A stretch of 64,000 nt of DNA. It comes from Nanobdellota archaeon. GTDB taxonomy: Archaea > Nanobdellota > Nanobdellia > Pacearchaeales > GW2011-AR1. The notes under the pieces were generated by a model. The model had not been told where the DNA came from and did not search any database. It worked only from the letters and a program-made list of their open reading frames with translations. The DNA is taken from contig JAHIWS010000019.1 in the NCBI GenBank assembly GCA_018815925.1, positions 252-64,251 of the forward strand. The letters are read 5' to 3'. A program made the position numbers and the translations under genes. The number at the start of each line of letters is the position of its first letter. The stretch's first letter is position 1. Positions 19,849 to 29,880 of this stretch are shown here, one piece after another.

Positions 19849-20112
19849 CTATTTCATCTTTTTAAAATCATCAAGAGTCTTATCAAGATCTTTTGTAATT
19901 GCAACAACAGCATCATTTATAGCTTTTTTCGCTGTTTTGCCTTTTGTTTTTAAATTAAGTATAGGCTTTTCAGTAGGGTGGTCTCTTTTCCAGGCCACAA
20001 AACTAACACCAGAATCTTTATTTAAATAAACCCTAAGAAGTTCAGCAATAGTCAAACTCTCAAGTTTTACTTCTACTTCTTCTTTTTCAGCCTTAAGAAT
20101 ATCAATTTCCAT
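19849..20112 (-). CDS. rpoL: RNA polymerase subunit L (Rpo11)
   Basis: TIAELLRVYL...VSFVAWKRDHP...P pattern; size typical. Confidence 0.8.
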   Translation of the reverse strand: MEIDILKAEKEEVEVKLESLTIAELLRVYLNKDSGVSFVAWKRDHPTEKPILNLKTKGKTAKKAINDAVVAITKDLDKTLDDFKKMK

Positions 20113-20150
20113 ATAAAGAATTCTCTAATCTAGTTTAAAAAGCTTGTGAT

Positions 20151-20945
20151 TCACTTACCCCAAATTAAATCATCATCTTCATCTTCAGAAAAACCATTTT
20201 CTTTATCTTGTTCTTCAAGATCAATAAACTCTTCACTAACATAACTAGAACCTTCTTCTTTAATGGGTTTTGGGACTTCCAAATCTTTTTGACTCAAACC
20301 TTTACTTTTCATTTCTTTTAAATCAGAAATAGTCAAATTTCTAGCAGTAGAAGCATCAAAATCTAAAACTTTTTCTTTTTGAAATTCTTCAGAATCAAGA
20401 GGTCTTTTTGTCAGATTAACATTTAAAAAATTCTCAAGTTTAGTTATTATACGATATCCATCTTGAGGAAGAATTCCTTGTTCTAACATTTTTACTGCTG
20501 TTTCAGATTCAGCAATTTCTTTTGCAAACTGAGCTTGATTTAATTTTTTTGACCTTCTCATCCTCATAATAATCCAGTGAAAATTATCAATTAAACTATC
20601 AGTTAGCCTAGACTTTTCCTTAGAAGTTCTCTTAAGATTTCTATCAACAATCTCTTTTAAAGTAGTTTCTTGCCTTCCTAAATCACCAGACATATTTGTT
20701 TTTTTTATATCATTAATTGTCTTTTTATCAAATCCTGACATTTGAGAAAGTCTTTCATAAACTGACTTGTTTGCTTTTTCAAGAGTTTCAGCTTCTTTGA
20801 TTTGAAAAGTTGTTGGTCTTTTAACTAAAGGTAATCTTTCTTTAGAAAAGCACTCTTTACAAACTTTGACAATTCCATCTCCAGAAATAACATCAAAAAG
20901 CCTAACTCTATCCATCCCTACACCACACTTAAAACATCTTACCAT
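20151..20945 (-). CDS. aMBF1-like Zn-ribbon plus Cro/HTH protein with acidic tail
   Basis: CFKC...VCKEC; LNQAQFAKEI...LEQG...KLE HTH; LTISDL motif. Confidence 0.8.
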   Translation of the reverse strand: MVRCFKCGVGMDRVRLFDVISGDGIVKVCKECFSKERLPLVKRPTTFQIKEAETLEKANKSVYERLSQMSGFDKKTINDIKKTNMSGDLGRQETTLKEIVDRNLKRTSKEKSRLTDSLIDNFHWIIMRMRRSKKLNQAQFAKEIAESETAVKMLEQGILPQDGYRIITKLENFLNVNLTKRPLDSEEFQKEKVLDFDASTARNLTISDLKEMKSKGLSQKDLEVPKPIKEEGSSYVSEEFIDLEEQDKENGFSEDEDDDLIWGK

Positions 20946-20998
20946 GAAGCAAGGCAGTTAAACCTCTTTTTTAAGATTTCTGTGATAGAAAGACATTA

Positions 20999-21658
20999 TT
21001 AATTAATATCTAAAAATTGCCTGATTTCCTTCAAAGAATCAATTGTTTCAAATTTTTGTGCTTCATTAACAAAAATTATAGGGGTTTTCTCTAAATCATA
21101 AAAATCTCTCAAGGCATTTAAAGATTCCACATTAGTATCAACAGCTATTGGAATTAAAACTATCTTATCCCCATATTCTCCTTTAAGGTCTAATAAAAGA
21201 CTGCTCATTGTTCCTTGTGTTGCTTTAGTAGTCAAAGAAGGATTATTATATTGATAAAGATAAACAATTGTATTTATTTTTCCCCCACACTTTTCTTTAG
21301 CCATAATAACATTTTCCCATAATAAAGTCCTAAGTAAATCATATCTTCTATGCAAGGAAATTAACTCCTCTGTAATTTTATTAGAATTATCATACTTTTC
21401 TAATTGCCTGGCCTCCCAGTAAACTTTGTCTGCAAAATAAATGCTTTCATTATTAATTGAATCACAACTAAGTCCAAAACCATAAATAATCTCAGAAGCC
21501 AACTGAAAATCAAAAATATCAGTTTCTATATTAAAATAAAAATCTTGTAATTTTTCTACTCTTGATTTTTCAAAATAAATACCTATTAAAATACCCATCC
21601 AAAATACAATTAATGCTATAACAAGGGCTTGCCAAAAAACATTCTTATTGTTTGACAT
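20999..21658 (-). CDS. Membrane-anchored hypothetical protein with a thioredoxin-like C-terminal fold
   Basis: N-terminal TM; C-terminal IVYLY...TPIIFVN pattern; start probably ATG 21658. Confidence 0.55.
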   Translation of the reverse strand: MSNNKNVFWQALVIALIVFWMGILIGIYFEKSRVEKLQDFYFNIETDIFDFQLASEIIYGFGLSCDSINNESIYFADKVYWEARQLEKYDNSNKITEELISLHRRYDLLRTLLWENVIMAKEKCGGKINTIVYLYQYNNPSLTTKATQGTMSSLLLDLKGEYGDKIVLIPIAVDTNVESLNALRDFYDLEKTPIIFVNEAQKFETIDSLKEIRQFLDIN

Positions 21659-21703
21659 GATTTCATATAAATAAAACACTATTTAAAAATTTATGAGGTG
21701 TTT

Positions 21704-22939
21704 TCACCACCTAAAATCTTTTTTTAAATATCTATAAAAAGTTGCATACCAAATAATAGGATAAAATGCTAAAAACACTAACATATAAAAAATAAGATTC
21801 AAAAACCTCCCAAAAGTAATTCTATTATAAAATTTAGTTTTAGTCAACACATATCTATAATATATTAAAGATGAAAAAAATAAAATTATAAAATAAAATA
21901 TCATTACAGAAGGTATAAGATTTATTTCTTGCATATGAAAAAGAGAAATATTAGAAGCAATTGAATATCCTGTAGTTAAAATTCTCGTTAAAAAAGCTTT
22001 TCCAAGAATATAAGAAGAAAAAGCAAAACCCCCAATACTTAGAAAAATACTTAGAAAAACAAAAGGCATAACAAACCTCCCAAACAACCCTCTCCTTAAA
22101 AATTTATGTTTATATTTTTTAAGAGCCTGAATACCTCCAATTCCCCACCTAACTCTTTGCCTAAACCATTTTTTAAAAGTAGTTGGAACAACAGTAGAAA
22201 CACGTGCATCAAGACACATTCCTGTTTTATATCCCTTACTTAATAAATTCCAGGTAATATCAATATCCTCTGTAATAGAATCTTTATCAAAACCACCAAC
22301 TTTTACAACATAATCCTTCCTATATAAACTCAAAGGCCCATTAGTAACATAAACACTATCAATAAAATCTAATAATTTTCTATTCCACCCCATAATCATA
22401 TACTCTAATGCCTGAACCTTTCCATATAAATTACCTTCTTTATTCCTAACACTAACAAAAGAAGTAACAGCTGCCACCTTTTTATCATCAAAATAACCTG
22501 TAAGCTTTTTTAATGATTCCTTAGAGGGAAAACTATCTGCATCTGTTACAGCAATTAAATCACCATTAGCAATTTTAATAGCCTGGTTAAGAGAATCTGC
22601 TTTTCCAGAATTTTTCTTGTTTAATAATTCCAAATTACTATATTTCTTTAAAAGCCTCCCCACTATCTCTTTAGTTTTATCTGTACTCCCATCATTTACC
22701 ACAATTACTTGAAAATTATTCATAGGATAATCACAAGCCATAACATTTCTAATAGTTTCCTCGATGCTCTCTTCCTCATTAAATGCAGGAACAATAACAC
22801 TTATATTATATCCTAGGTTTGGTTTAGGATAAGAAAAAAGTCTTTTCCTATTTTTTACAGTAAGTATTATGAAAAAAGACATCATGTAAATAGAAATAAA
22901 CATTAATCCAAGATATACACTTGTTACAAATTCCACCAT
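21704..22939 (-). CDS. Processive membrane GT2 glycosyltransferase
   Basis: VPAFNEE, VNDGSTD, GKADSLN, DAD, TED, QRVRW motifs; TM segments. Confidence 0.93.
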   Translation of the reverse strand: MVEFVTSVYLGLMFISIYMMSFFIILTVKNRKRLFSYPKPNLGYNISVIVPAFNEEESIEETIRNVMACDYPMNNFQVIVVNDGSTDKTKEIVGRLLKKYSNLELLNKKNSGKADSLNQAIKIANGDLIAVTDADSFPSKESLKKLTGYFDDKKVAAVTSFVSVRNKEGNLYGKVQALEYMIMGWNRKLLDFIDSVYVTNGPLSLYRKDYVVKVGGFDKDSITEDIDITWNLLSKGYKTGMCLDARVSTVVPTTFKKWFRQRVRWGIGGIQALKKYKHKFLRRGLFGRFVMPFVFLSIFLSIGGFAFSSYILGKAFLTRILTTGYSIASNISLFHMQEINLIPSVMIFYFIILFFSSLIYYRYVLTKTKFYNRITFGRFLNLIFYMLVFLAFYPIIWYATFYRYLKKDFRW

Positions 22940-22955
22940 CCTAATCTTTTAGGAT

Positions 22956-23483
22956 TTATTCTTTAAAAGGATTATTGGAGTCATCCACATTAAAATAATC
23001 ATAAAATTCATCACTTAAACTCAATTCATGTGTATGACCTACTCTTTTTTTTCGAATTAAATTTAAATCAACAAATTTCTTAACATGATCGTAAGCCTTA
23101 TTTCCCCTAATCTTAATTATAACTGACTGCTTAATCGGATATTTAAATGCAATAATAGCCAAGGTTTCTTGTTCTGCCTTTGAAAATTCAGAACGTCCTG
23201 TAGCTAATTTATTAATTATGTCAGAATATTCTGGCTTAACATCCATTTTCCACATATCGCTTTTTTCAACAATTCTTAAAGCAGAATCTCCACCATCATA
23301 TTTCTCTTTAAGTTGCTCAAGTAAATCTCTTATTATGATTGGATTTAAATCACTTAAAGAAATAATATCAGCCATTCCAAGAAATCTACCGCTTACAAAA
23401 AGAATAGCTTCTATTCTTTTTAAATCCTCTTTTTCACAAGCCTCATCAACTTCATCTATTGTTTTACTGCTAACTTCCACCAT
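22956..23483 (-). CDS. scpB: SMC-Scp complex subunit ScpB
   Basis: IEAILF, ETLAIIAFKYPI, IRG, FYDYF motifs. Confidence 0.88.
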   Translation of the reverse strand: MVEVSSKTIDEVDEACEKEDLKRIEAILFVSGRFLGMADIISLSDLNPIIIRDLLEQLKEKYDGGDSALRIVEKSDMWKMDVKPEYSDIINKLATGRSEFSKAEQETLAIIAFKYPIKQSVIIKIRGNKAYDHVKKFVDLNLIRKKRVGHTHELSLSDEFYDYFNVDDSNNPFKE

Positions 23484-23530
23484 TAGAAAATAAAATGAGC
23501 TAAGTTTATAAGAGTTTTTGAAATATCTTT

Positions 23531-23830
23531 TTACCCATAATTAGTAATTAGTCTTTTCTTAGTTTTTCTACCTAAAATCAAATTAGCAGTAAGAGAAGAA
23601 ATATTATATCTTGAACTTACCAAAAATCTAATTTCTTCTTCTAAAAAAGGTAGATTCATTCCAGGAGCAGAATTAAAAAAAGATCTCCATTTATTATCTT
23701 TTTTTATTCCCAAAATAACAATATCTTGGGAAACTCTTCCTTCTGTTTTAAAAATATCTGCAGGAGTAAGTGAAACTGCAACATAATAATCTTCTGTTCT
23801 AAAAATATCGTAACTTATACTTTTTTTCAT
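23531..23830 (-). CDS. Hypothetical protein
   Basis: 99-aa ORF filling the gap. Confidence 0.5.
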   Translation of the reverse strand: MKKSISYDIFRTEDYYVAVSLTPADIFKTEGRVSQDIVILGIKKDNKWRSFFNSAPGMNLPFLEEEIRFLVSSRYNISSLTANLILGRKTKKRLITNYG

Positions 23831-23864
23831 AAAAAACCAAATAATTAATCTTTTTTAAATTTTC

Positions 23865-25364
23865 CTAAACCTTAAATCTCAAAATACTGCCAATTCCACT
23901 AAGGTTTTTAAACTGATCTCCTTCTTCTGTCTCTGTAGAAACAATTTCTACTTTTGCCCCAGTATCTTCAGCTAGTTTAGATAATTCTTTTACAATCTTC
24001 TTAGAAGTTTCCTTAGAAAGAATCAAAGTATCGACAGCACCATATTTTAAAGCTTGTTCTGTATCTGGTTCTTTTAAAGTAGCCATTTCAGGATTTCTAC
24101 CCAAAGTATCAAAAAATTTCTCTAAAAGTTTTTTCTCATACATTATTTCCTGACTTGCTAAAATATCTTGAGATTTCATTACAAGCTCTTTAAGACCACT
24201 TCCAGAAGTATCTCCTACATCAATCCTACCAATAACTTTCTCTCTAAGTTTTGTAGCCATATACTCTCCATCAAGAAACTCATCTTTTGTTGGAATCGGT
24301 CCTCCAACCAAAATCCCTTTTAATTTCTTATTATCAAAAAAAATCTTTTTCATTTCCTCTGCAATTCTTTTATAAAATTCCTTTGTGAGACCTTCTGTTA
24401 TTCTATGAAATCTTTGAGATGAATTATGGACAAGAAATCCGTTTGCAAAAAAGTTTTTACCTTCTGTTTCTATATCTATTAAATTAAAATTTCCTTCTTT
24501 TTGTTTTATATCAATTACTTTTAATTCTAAAACACCATAATTATTAGAACAAATTAATATGTCACCTTCTTTTAAGTCCTTTGCAATAATTTCCTTAATT
24601 CCATGCTTATCTTTTTTAAAAAAAGTATGATCTAAAGATGAAATAATAGATTCTTCATCTTCAACAAAAATTTCTAGAACTTTATTTTTAATAACCTCCC
24701 ACTTATTTTCTACTCTTGTGAAAATAATTTTATTACTCTTAATATCCAACGCCCTTATTTTATCAGTTAAGTTCAAATCAGCTATATCCTTATTCCCTTT
24801 ATTTAAACCAACCCAACTATTAGGTGCTAGGCATTGACCTCCAGCCCGAACCTTGCTAGGAACTCCTGAAGTCATCTTTTGAAGAACCTCTATTCTCTTC
24901 CCCTCAAGCAGTCCAATAGCTGCTTCCTTTCTATCCATAACAAGCAAACCAAAAACTTCTGTAACCTCCAGCATTTCTTTTAATGCATCTAAAACAAATT
25001 CTTTATCACACCTATAAATTCTAATCTTCAGAGGCATAGGTGGTTCAATATCCCAGAGTTGTAAATCTTGTTGCCCTTCAATTTTTGATATATTCCCTGC
25101 AAAAAGTGCTAAACCATTTTCAGGTGTTTTCTTCAAACTCTTTAAATGCCTAACAATTTTTTCAAGAGCCTCAATAACATTTTTTCTTGTAGCAGTTGAT
25201 TTAATATTTTTAGCAGTACTCTTTTCTGCCTCAAGCTGCCTTTGTACAGAATTCACATCATACCCTGCAGAAATATAAACAGTAATTAACTCTGTATGTC
25301 TCCCATGGTGTTTTTCCAATTCTTCTATTGTCTCCTGTAATTCATCTCTTGACAAAACTGTCAT
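23865..25364 (-). CDS. prf1: Peptide chain release factor aRF1 containing an intein
   Basis: TELITVYI, AKNIKS, YRCDKEF, GGQ...SSQRF, GIGSILRF motifs; start probably ATG 25364. Confidence 0.95.
   Translation of the reverse strand: MTVLSRDELQETIEELEKHHGRHTELITVYISAGYDVNSVQRQLEAEKSTAKNIKSTATRKNVIEALEKIVRHLKSLKKTPENGLALFAGNISKIEGQQDLQLWDIEPPMPLKIRIYRCDKEFVLDALKEMLEVTEVFGLLVMDRKEAAIGLLEGKRIEVLQKMTSGVPSKVRAGGQCLAPNSWVGLNKGNKDIADLNLTDKIRALDIKSNKIIFTRVENKWEVIKNKVLEIFVEDEESIISSLDHTFFKKDKHGIKEIIAKDLKEGDILICSNNYGVLELKVIDIKQKEGNFNLIDIETEGKNFFANGFLVHNSSQRFHRITEGLTKEFYKRIAEEMKKIFFDNKKLKGILVGGPIPTKDEFLDGEYMATKLREKVIGRIDVGDTSGSGLKELVMKSQDILASQEIMYEKKLLEKFFDTLGRNPEMATLKEPDTEQALKYGAVDTLILSKETSKKIVKELSKLAEDTGAKVEIVSTETEEGDQFKNLSGIGSILRFKV
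24423..24833 (-). mobile_element. 137-aa mini-intein (no homing endonuclease) in aRF1
   Basis: Starts CLAPNSWV (block A), SLDH (block B), AKDLKEGD, IDIETEGKNFFANGFLVHN followed by Ser+1. Confidence 0.95.
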
Positions 25365-25404
25365 AATAAGAATAAAACTAGGGGGTTTATAAAATTTAGT
25401 CAAT

Positions 25405-25665
25405 TTAATCAAGTCCAACCAATAATCCTTCTAAATCTTTATAAAATAATTGCCTTTTTTCTAGAGTTGTTAAAAGAGTATATTTTTCCTGATCTTTTTC
25501 TTGATAAGACAATAAACCTAAAAAATAATAATTTCCCTCTTTTCTATCTTTTACCTGAACTATTTTTTTAGAGTGTCTCTGTACTTCTTCTCTGTTATTT
25601 TCTATTGTTCCTTCTAATTGAATCTCAACAAAAACAGAAGGAATAGTATATCTTTTTTTAGCCAT
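25405..25665 (-). CDS. Hypothetical protein
   Basis: ORF between valS and aRF1. Confidence 0.5.
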   Translation of the reverse strand: MAKKRYTIPSVFVEIQLEGTIENNREEVQRHSKKIVQVKDRKEGNYYFLGLLSYQEKDQEKYTLLTTLEKRQLFYKDLEGLLVGLD

Positions 25666-25728
25666 TTTAAACAAAATCCTAAAAAGTATTTAATAATTAT
25701 TGCAATATAAAACAATATAAATTCAATC

Positions 25729-28026
25729 TTAAACAATATTGTGTGTAGCTATTAAATCTTTCTTAAATTCATCTAAAAATTTAGGTATTTTAATTTCTCT
25801 AATTTCATCTCTTAATGAAATTCCTTTTTCTTTTTTCTTTTTCCAAACTTCACTATTAAATTTAATCAACTCATTAAAAATTTTAATATCTTCTTTATTT
25901 TGTTTTATATCTAATTTTTTAGGCCATGAAGAAATATGGATACTTTTTTGTTTTTCTTTTTTCTCAAAATATTCTTGATAAATCTCCTCTGTAATAAAAG
26001 GAATAATTGGAGCCATTAATTTCAATAAAATTAAAAGAGAATTATAAAGTGTAAAAAATGCAGATTGTTTTTCATGATTTGTCCCATTATAAACCCTTTT
26101 TTTAATAAGCTCTAAATAATTATCGCAAAAGATATGCCAAAAAAAGTTACTAGTTTCTAATTTAACTTTATTATATTCATAATTCTTAAAATTCTTAGTA
26201 CAAATTTCAATCAAATCATTTAATCTAGATAAAAACAACCTATCTGTTTCAATTAAATTCGCCTTTTTGGAATTATAATTTTTAAGATTCATAAAGACAA
26301 ATCTAGATGCATTAAACAATTTTATCATAAATTTTTTCCCAGCAACTAAATCTTGTTCTTGATAATTAACATCACTTCCTAAACTAAACCCTGCTGCCCA
26401 AAATCTCAAGGCATCTGCCCCATATTCTTCTAAAAGTTTTTTAGGCTCAATTCCTGTTCCTTTAGACTTTGACATTTTTTCTCCTCCAAGTTTTGTATAA
26501 CCTGAAATCATAATATTTTTCCAAGGCAATTTTTTCTCAGATAAATAACTCCTAACAATTGTGTAAAAAGCCCAAGTTCTAATTATATCATGTGCCTGAG
26601 GTCTTAAGGAATACGGAACTTTAATTTCATTATTAATAAGAGAACTAGCAATTTGAGGAGTCAAAGAAGATGTTGCCCATGTATCAAGAACTTTTTCTTC
26701 TCCTTTAGCTTCTTTTTTACACTTAGAACATATTTTTTTAGTTTGTAAAGGATCAACAGGCAATTCATTTTCTTTTGCTAAAATAAGTTCATTACAATCT
26801 TTACAATGCCAAACAGGAAAAGGAATTCCAAAATGTCTTTCTCTAGAAATACTCCAATCCCATTCTAAACCATTGACCCAATTTTCATATCTCTTATACA
26901 TATATTTAGGGTACCAATTAATTTTTTTCCCTTGAGAAATCCAAGTTTTTTTATTATCTAAAATCTTAATAAACCATTGTTCTGTGGGAAGAAATTCAAT
27001 TTCAGTTCCACATTTATCATGAACATTAACAACATTGGTTATTTGTTTTTGATCTTGAATCAATGTTTTTTCCTTAAGATCTTGAAGAATTTTTTTTCTA
27101 GCTTCTTTAATCTTTAATCCTTTATATTCACCCTCTTTAATTGTTCCATTTGTATTTAAAATAATTTTTTCAACAAGTTTGTACCTGTTTATCGCATCAA
27201 CATCAAATTTATCCCCATAACTACAAACCATCAAAGCCCCTGTACCTTTCCCAATATCAGCAGATTTATCAGCAATAATAGGAACTTCAAAATCAAATAA
27301 GGCCACTTTTGCCTTTTTACCAATTATTTTCTTATATCTATTATCATCAGGATGAACAAAAACAGCAACACAAGCTCCAAGTAATTCAGGCCTAGTTGTT
27401 GCAATTAAAAGATCTTTATCTTCACATTTAAATTTCAAAGTAGAAAACAAGCTATCTTGTTCTTTATCTTCTAATTCTGCTTGAGCAATAGTTGTCTGGC
27501 ACTCAGGACACCAAATTGTTGGAAATTCTTTTTTATAAGCTAGTCTTTTATTATATAAATCAATAAAAGCCTTTTGAGAAATTTTTTGGGTTTTTTTATC
27601 AATTGTAGAATAATAAATATTATAATCTGCACTTATTCCTAAATCTTTATATCCTTTAATAAAATCAGGAGTTATCTTCTTAAGAGTTTTAAGACAAAGC
27701 TCAATAAACTTAGCCCGAGACATGCTCTTACTTTTAATTTTATTTATTTTTTCAACATATCTCTCTGTAGGTAATCCATTATCATCTGTTCCAAATCCAT
27801 AAAAAACAGCTCCTTTAAACATCCTCATAAATCTAGCAATAAAATCTTGTTGAGAATAAGAAAAAGCATGCCCCATATGCATTGCTCCAGAAACATAAGG
27901 TGGAGGAGTATCAATAGAAAAAACAGGTTTTTTATTACTAGAATCAAATCTATAGATTTTCTCTTTTTCCCAAAATTTTTTCCATTTTTCTTCAACCTGT
28001 TTAAAATCATATTTGTTCTTAGACAT
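25729..28026 (-). CDS. valS: Valyl-tRNA synthetase (archaeal type)
   Basis: IDTPPPYVSG, HMGH, ATTRPE, WDWSISRER, RPQAHDIIRTW, KMSKS; start probably ATG 28026. Confidence 0.96.
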   Translation of the reverse strand: MSKNKYDFKQVEEKWKKFWEKEKIYRFDSSNKKPVFSIDTPPPYVSGAMHMGHAFSYSQQDFIARFMRMFKGAVFYGFGTDDNGLPTERYVEKINKIKSKSMSRAKFIELCLKTLKKITPDFIKGYKDLGISADYNIYYSTIDKKTQKISQKAFIDLYNKRLAYKKEFPTIWCPECQTTIAQAELEDKEQDSLFSTLKFKCEDKDLLIATTRPELLGACVAVFVHPDDNRYKKIIGKKAKVALFDFEVPIIADKSADIGKGTGALMVCSYGDKFDVDAINRYKLVEKIILNTNGTIKEGEYKGLKIKEARKKILQDLKEKTLIQDQKQITNVVNVHDKCGTEIEFLPTEQWFIKILDNKKTWISQGKKINWYPKYMYKRYENWVNGLEWDWSISRERHFGIPFPVWHCKDCNELILAKENELPVDPLQTKKICSKCKKEAKGEEKVLDTWATSSLTPQIASSLINNEIKVPYSLRPQAHDIIRTWAFYTIVRSYLSEKKLPWKNIMISGYTKLGGEKMSKSKGTGIEPKKLLEEYGADALRFWAAGFSLGSDVNYQEQDLVAGKKFMIKLFNASRFVFMNLKNYNSKKANLIETDRLFLSRLNDLIEICTKNFKNYEYNKVKLETSNFFWHIFCDNYLELIKKRVYNGTNHEKQSAFFTLYNSLLILLKLMAPIIPFITEEIYQEYFEKKEKQKSIHISSWPKKLDIKQNKEDIKIFNELIKFNSEVWKKKKEKGISLRDEIREIKIPKFLDEFKKDLIATHNIV

Positions 28027-28077
28027 AAGGAAAAAAGACACAACAACTTTTAAAAACTATCTATAATTCACTATCTT

Positions 28078-28236
28078 ATGGCAGATAATAAAGTACAAAT
28101 GCCTGCTGGATTTGGCGGGTTAACAAGATTTAGCGAAGAATATGACAGCAAAATAAAACTAAAACCAGTTCATGTCATTGCATTTATAATCTTAATAGTG
28201 GTATTTAGAATAGTATTATCTATATTTTATAATTAA
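28078..28236 (+). CDS. Preprotein translocase subunit Sec61-beta (not in ORF track)
   Basis: MADNKVQMPAGFGGLTRFSEEYDSKIKLKPVHV plus a C-terminal TM; 52 aa. Confidence 0.88.
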   Translation: MADNKVQMPAGFGGLTRFSEEYDSKIKLKPVHVIAFIILIVVFRIVLSIFYN

Positions 28237-28237
28237 A

Positions 28238-28576
28238 ATGTTCGGACTAGGCGGAATGAATCCAAAAAAAATGCAAGGCCTAATGAAACAAATGGGCATT
28301 TCACAGCAAGAAATTTCTGCTTCTAAAGTAATTATAGAAAAAACAGATGGATCCAATATCATAGTGGAACCTGTTTCTGTAACAAAAATTAAGATGCAAG
28401 GCCAAGAAACATTTCAAATTGTTGGAGATATTAAAGAAGAAACTCCAGAAGTAAAAATGAATGAAGAAGATATTAAAACAGTTGCAGAAAAAACAGGAAA
28501 ATCAGAAGATGAAGCTAAAGCTGCTCTTGAAGAAACAGGGGATTTGGCTGAAGCTATTATAAAGTTGAGTGAGTAA
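28238..28576 (+). CDS. nac: Nascent polypeptide-associated complex protein
   Basis: MNPKKMQGLMKQMGI, QETFQIVG, C-terminal UBA-like GDLAEAI. Confidence 0.93.
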   Translation: MFGLGGMNPKKMQGLMKQMGISQQEISASKVIIEKTDGSNIIVEPVSVTKIKMQGQETFQIVGDIKEETPEVKMNEEDIKTVAEKTGKSEDEAKAALEETGDLAEAIIKLSE

Positions 28577-28627
28577 TATCTTCCTCAGTATAGATTTGTT
28601 TAAAAAAGACAAAGAAATAACAACACT

Positions 28628-28849
28628 ATGGCAGATGATAATAAAAAACCAGCAAAAATAGAAATAATGACTTTAGATTCACAATTAATAGAACAAGCAC
28701 CAGGTTTTGACAATGGATATACCCTAAAAATTAACACGTCTCTTCCAGAAGAGCATAAAACAATCAAAATTGCCCAATTACTTATAGATAAGGGATATAA
28801 ACCAAATCAGATAATTAAGTTAAAAATATATGCTGAACCTGTAGAATAA
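28628..28849 (+). CDS. Small hypothetical protein
   Basis: 73-aa ORF with an upstream TTTAAA box. Confidence 0.5.
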   Translation: MADDNKKPAKIEIMTLDSQLIEQAPGFDNGYTLKINTSLPEEHKTIKIAQLLIDKGYKPNQIIKLKIYAEPVE

Positions 28850-28894
28850 CCCCACCACCAAAATCCATATTAATTCTAATCACTTCTTACTTTA

Positions 28895-29359
28895 ATGGAG
28901 AAATTTTTAGAAAACCTTCAAAAAGCAGAAAAAACAATAAACACATGCGACCATATTGTTTATGTTACTTTTCCTTTAATAAAAGATAAAAACCTTTTAT
29001 TAAAAGTTTTCACAGAAACAAAAAAAGGAATTGGATATTGTATAAATGCAATACTACAATATGAATATCTTTATAAAAGAATCAAACTCTTCAAAAATCC
29101 TAAAATTAATTTGAGAACCTTTCAAGAAAAATGTTCTATAAGATATAACATAACAAAACAAGAAAACAACCTAATAACTAATTTATTTAATCTAGCTGAG
29201 AACCACAAAAAAAGTTCAATGGAATTCATGAGAAATGAAAAAATAATAATTCTTTCAGAAAATTTAGAAACAAAATCAATTTCCATTGAAAAAATAAAAG
29301 AATTTTTAATTCTAGCTAAAAATATCTTAGAAAAGTCAAAAAACAAAATTCTCAGATAA
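28895..29359 (+). CDS. Hypothetical protein (helical, possibly HEPN-like), paralogue of the next gene
   Basis: DHIVYVTFPLIKD motif shared with the downstream ORF. Confidence 0.65.
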   Translation: MEKFLENLQKAEKTINTCDHIVYVTFPLIKDKNLLLKVFTETKKGIGYCINAILQYEYLYKRIKLFKNPKINLRTFQEKCSIRYNITKQENNLITNLFNLAENHKKSSMEFMRNEKIIILSENLETKSISIEKIKEFLILAKNILEKSKNKILR

Positions 29360-29420
29360 ATATAAAAACCCCAAAATGTTAATAGAATATAATTCTACAG
29401 AGGGAATTTAAGAATTGGGA

Positions 29421-29861
29421 ATGGAAGATATAATCAAAGAAAAAATAAGTGCAGACCATCTGCTGTATGTTAGTTTGAAATACACAAAAACTTGTGATGT
29501 TATTGTTAATCTGCTTCTAAGGTGGAGTAAAATGATTGAAACAAGTATTGAATCAGTTTTAAAACATGCAAAAAAGAAAAAAAAGATTTCTTCAATTCCT
29601 TCAAATCCAGTAGGAAAAATTGATGCTGTAAAAAAATTATTCAAAAAAGACCAAAATTATCTAAAGGTTATTGAAGAATATGAAATCTTTAAAAAAATCC
29701 GTGAGCTTAGAAAAGAAAGAATTGGGGAATTTAGAAAGAATGTCACATTAAAAGTATTTTACAAAGGCAAAGAAATTAATATAAATCTTGATAAATTAAA
29801 AGAATATGCAGAGATGTTAGAAAACTTTATAAGCACTACAAAACAATTTCTTCTATCTTAA
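29421..29861 (+). CDS. Hypothetical protein (helical, possibly HEPN-like), paralogue of the previous gene
   Basis: DHLLYVSLKYTKT motif; start ATG 29421. Confidence 0.65.
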   Translation: MEDIIKEKISADHLLYVSLKYTKTCDVIVNLLLRWSKMIETSIESVLKHAKKKKKISSIPSNPVGKIDAVKKLFKKDQNYLKVIEEYEIFKKIRELRKERIGEFRKNVTLKVFYKGKEININLDKLKEYAEMLENFISTTKQFLLS

Positions 29862-29880
29862 AGACAAAATTTAAATAAAA

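Noticed and set aside
22956..23483. scpB without adjacent smc/scpA as a novel system
   Set aside because: scpB is often unlinked from smc-scpA in archaea; the partners may lie outside the window.
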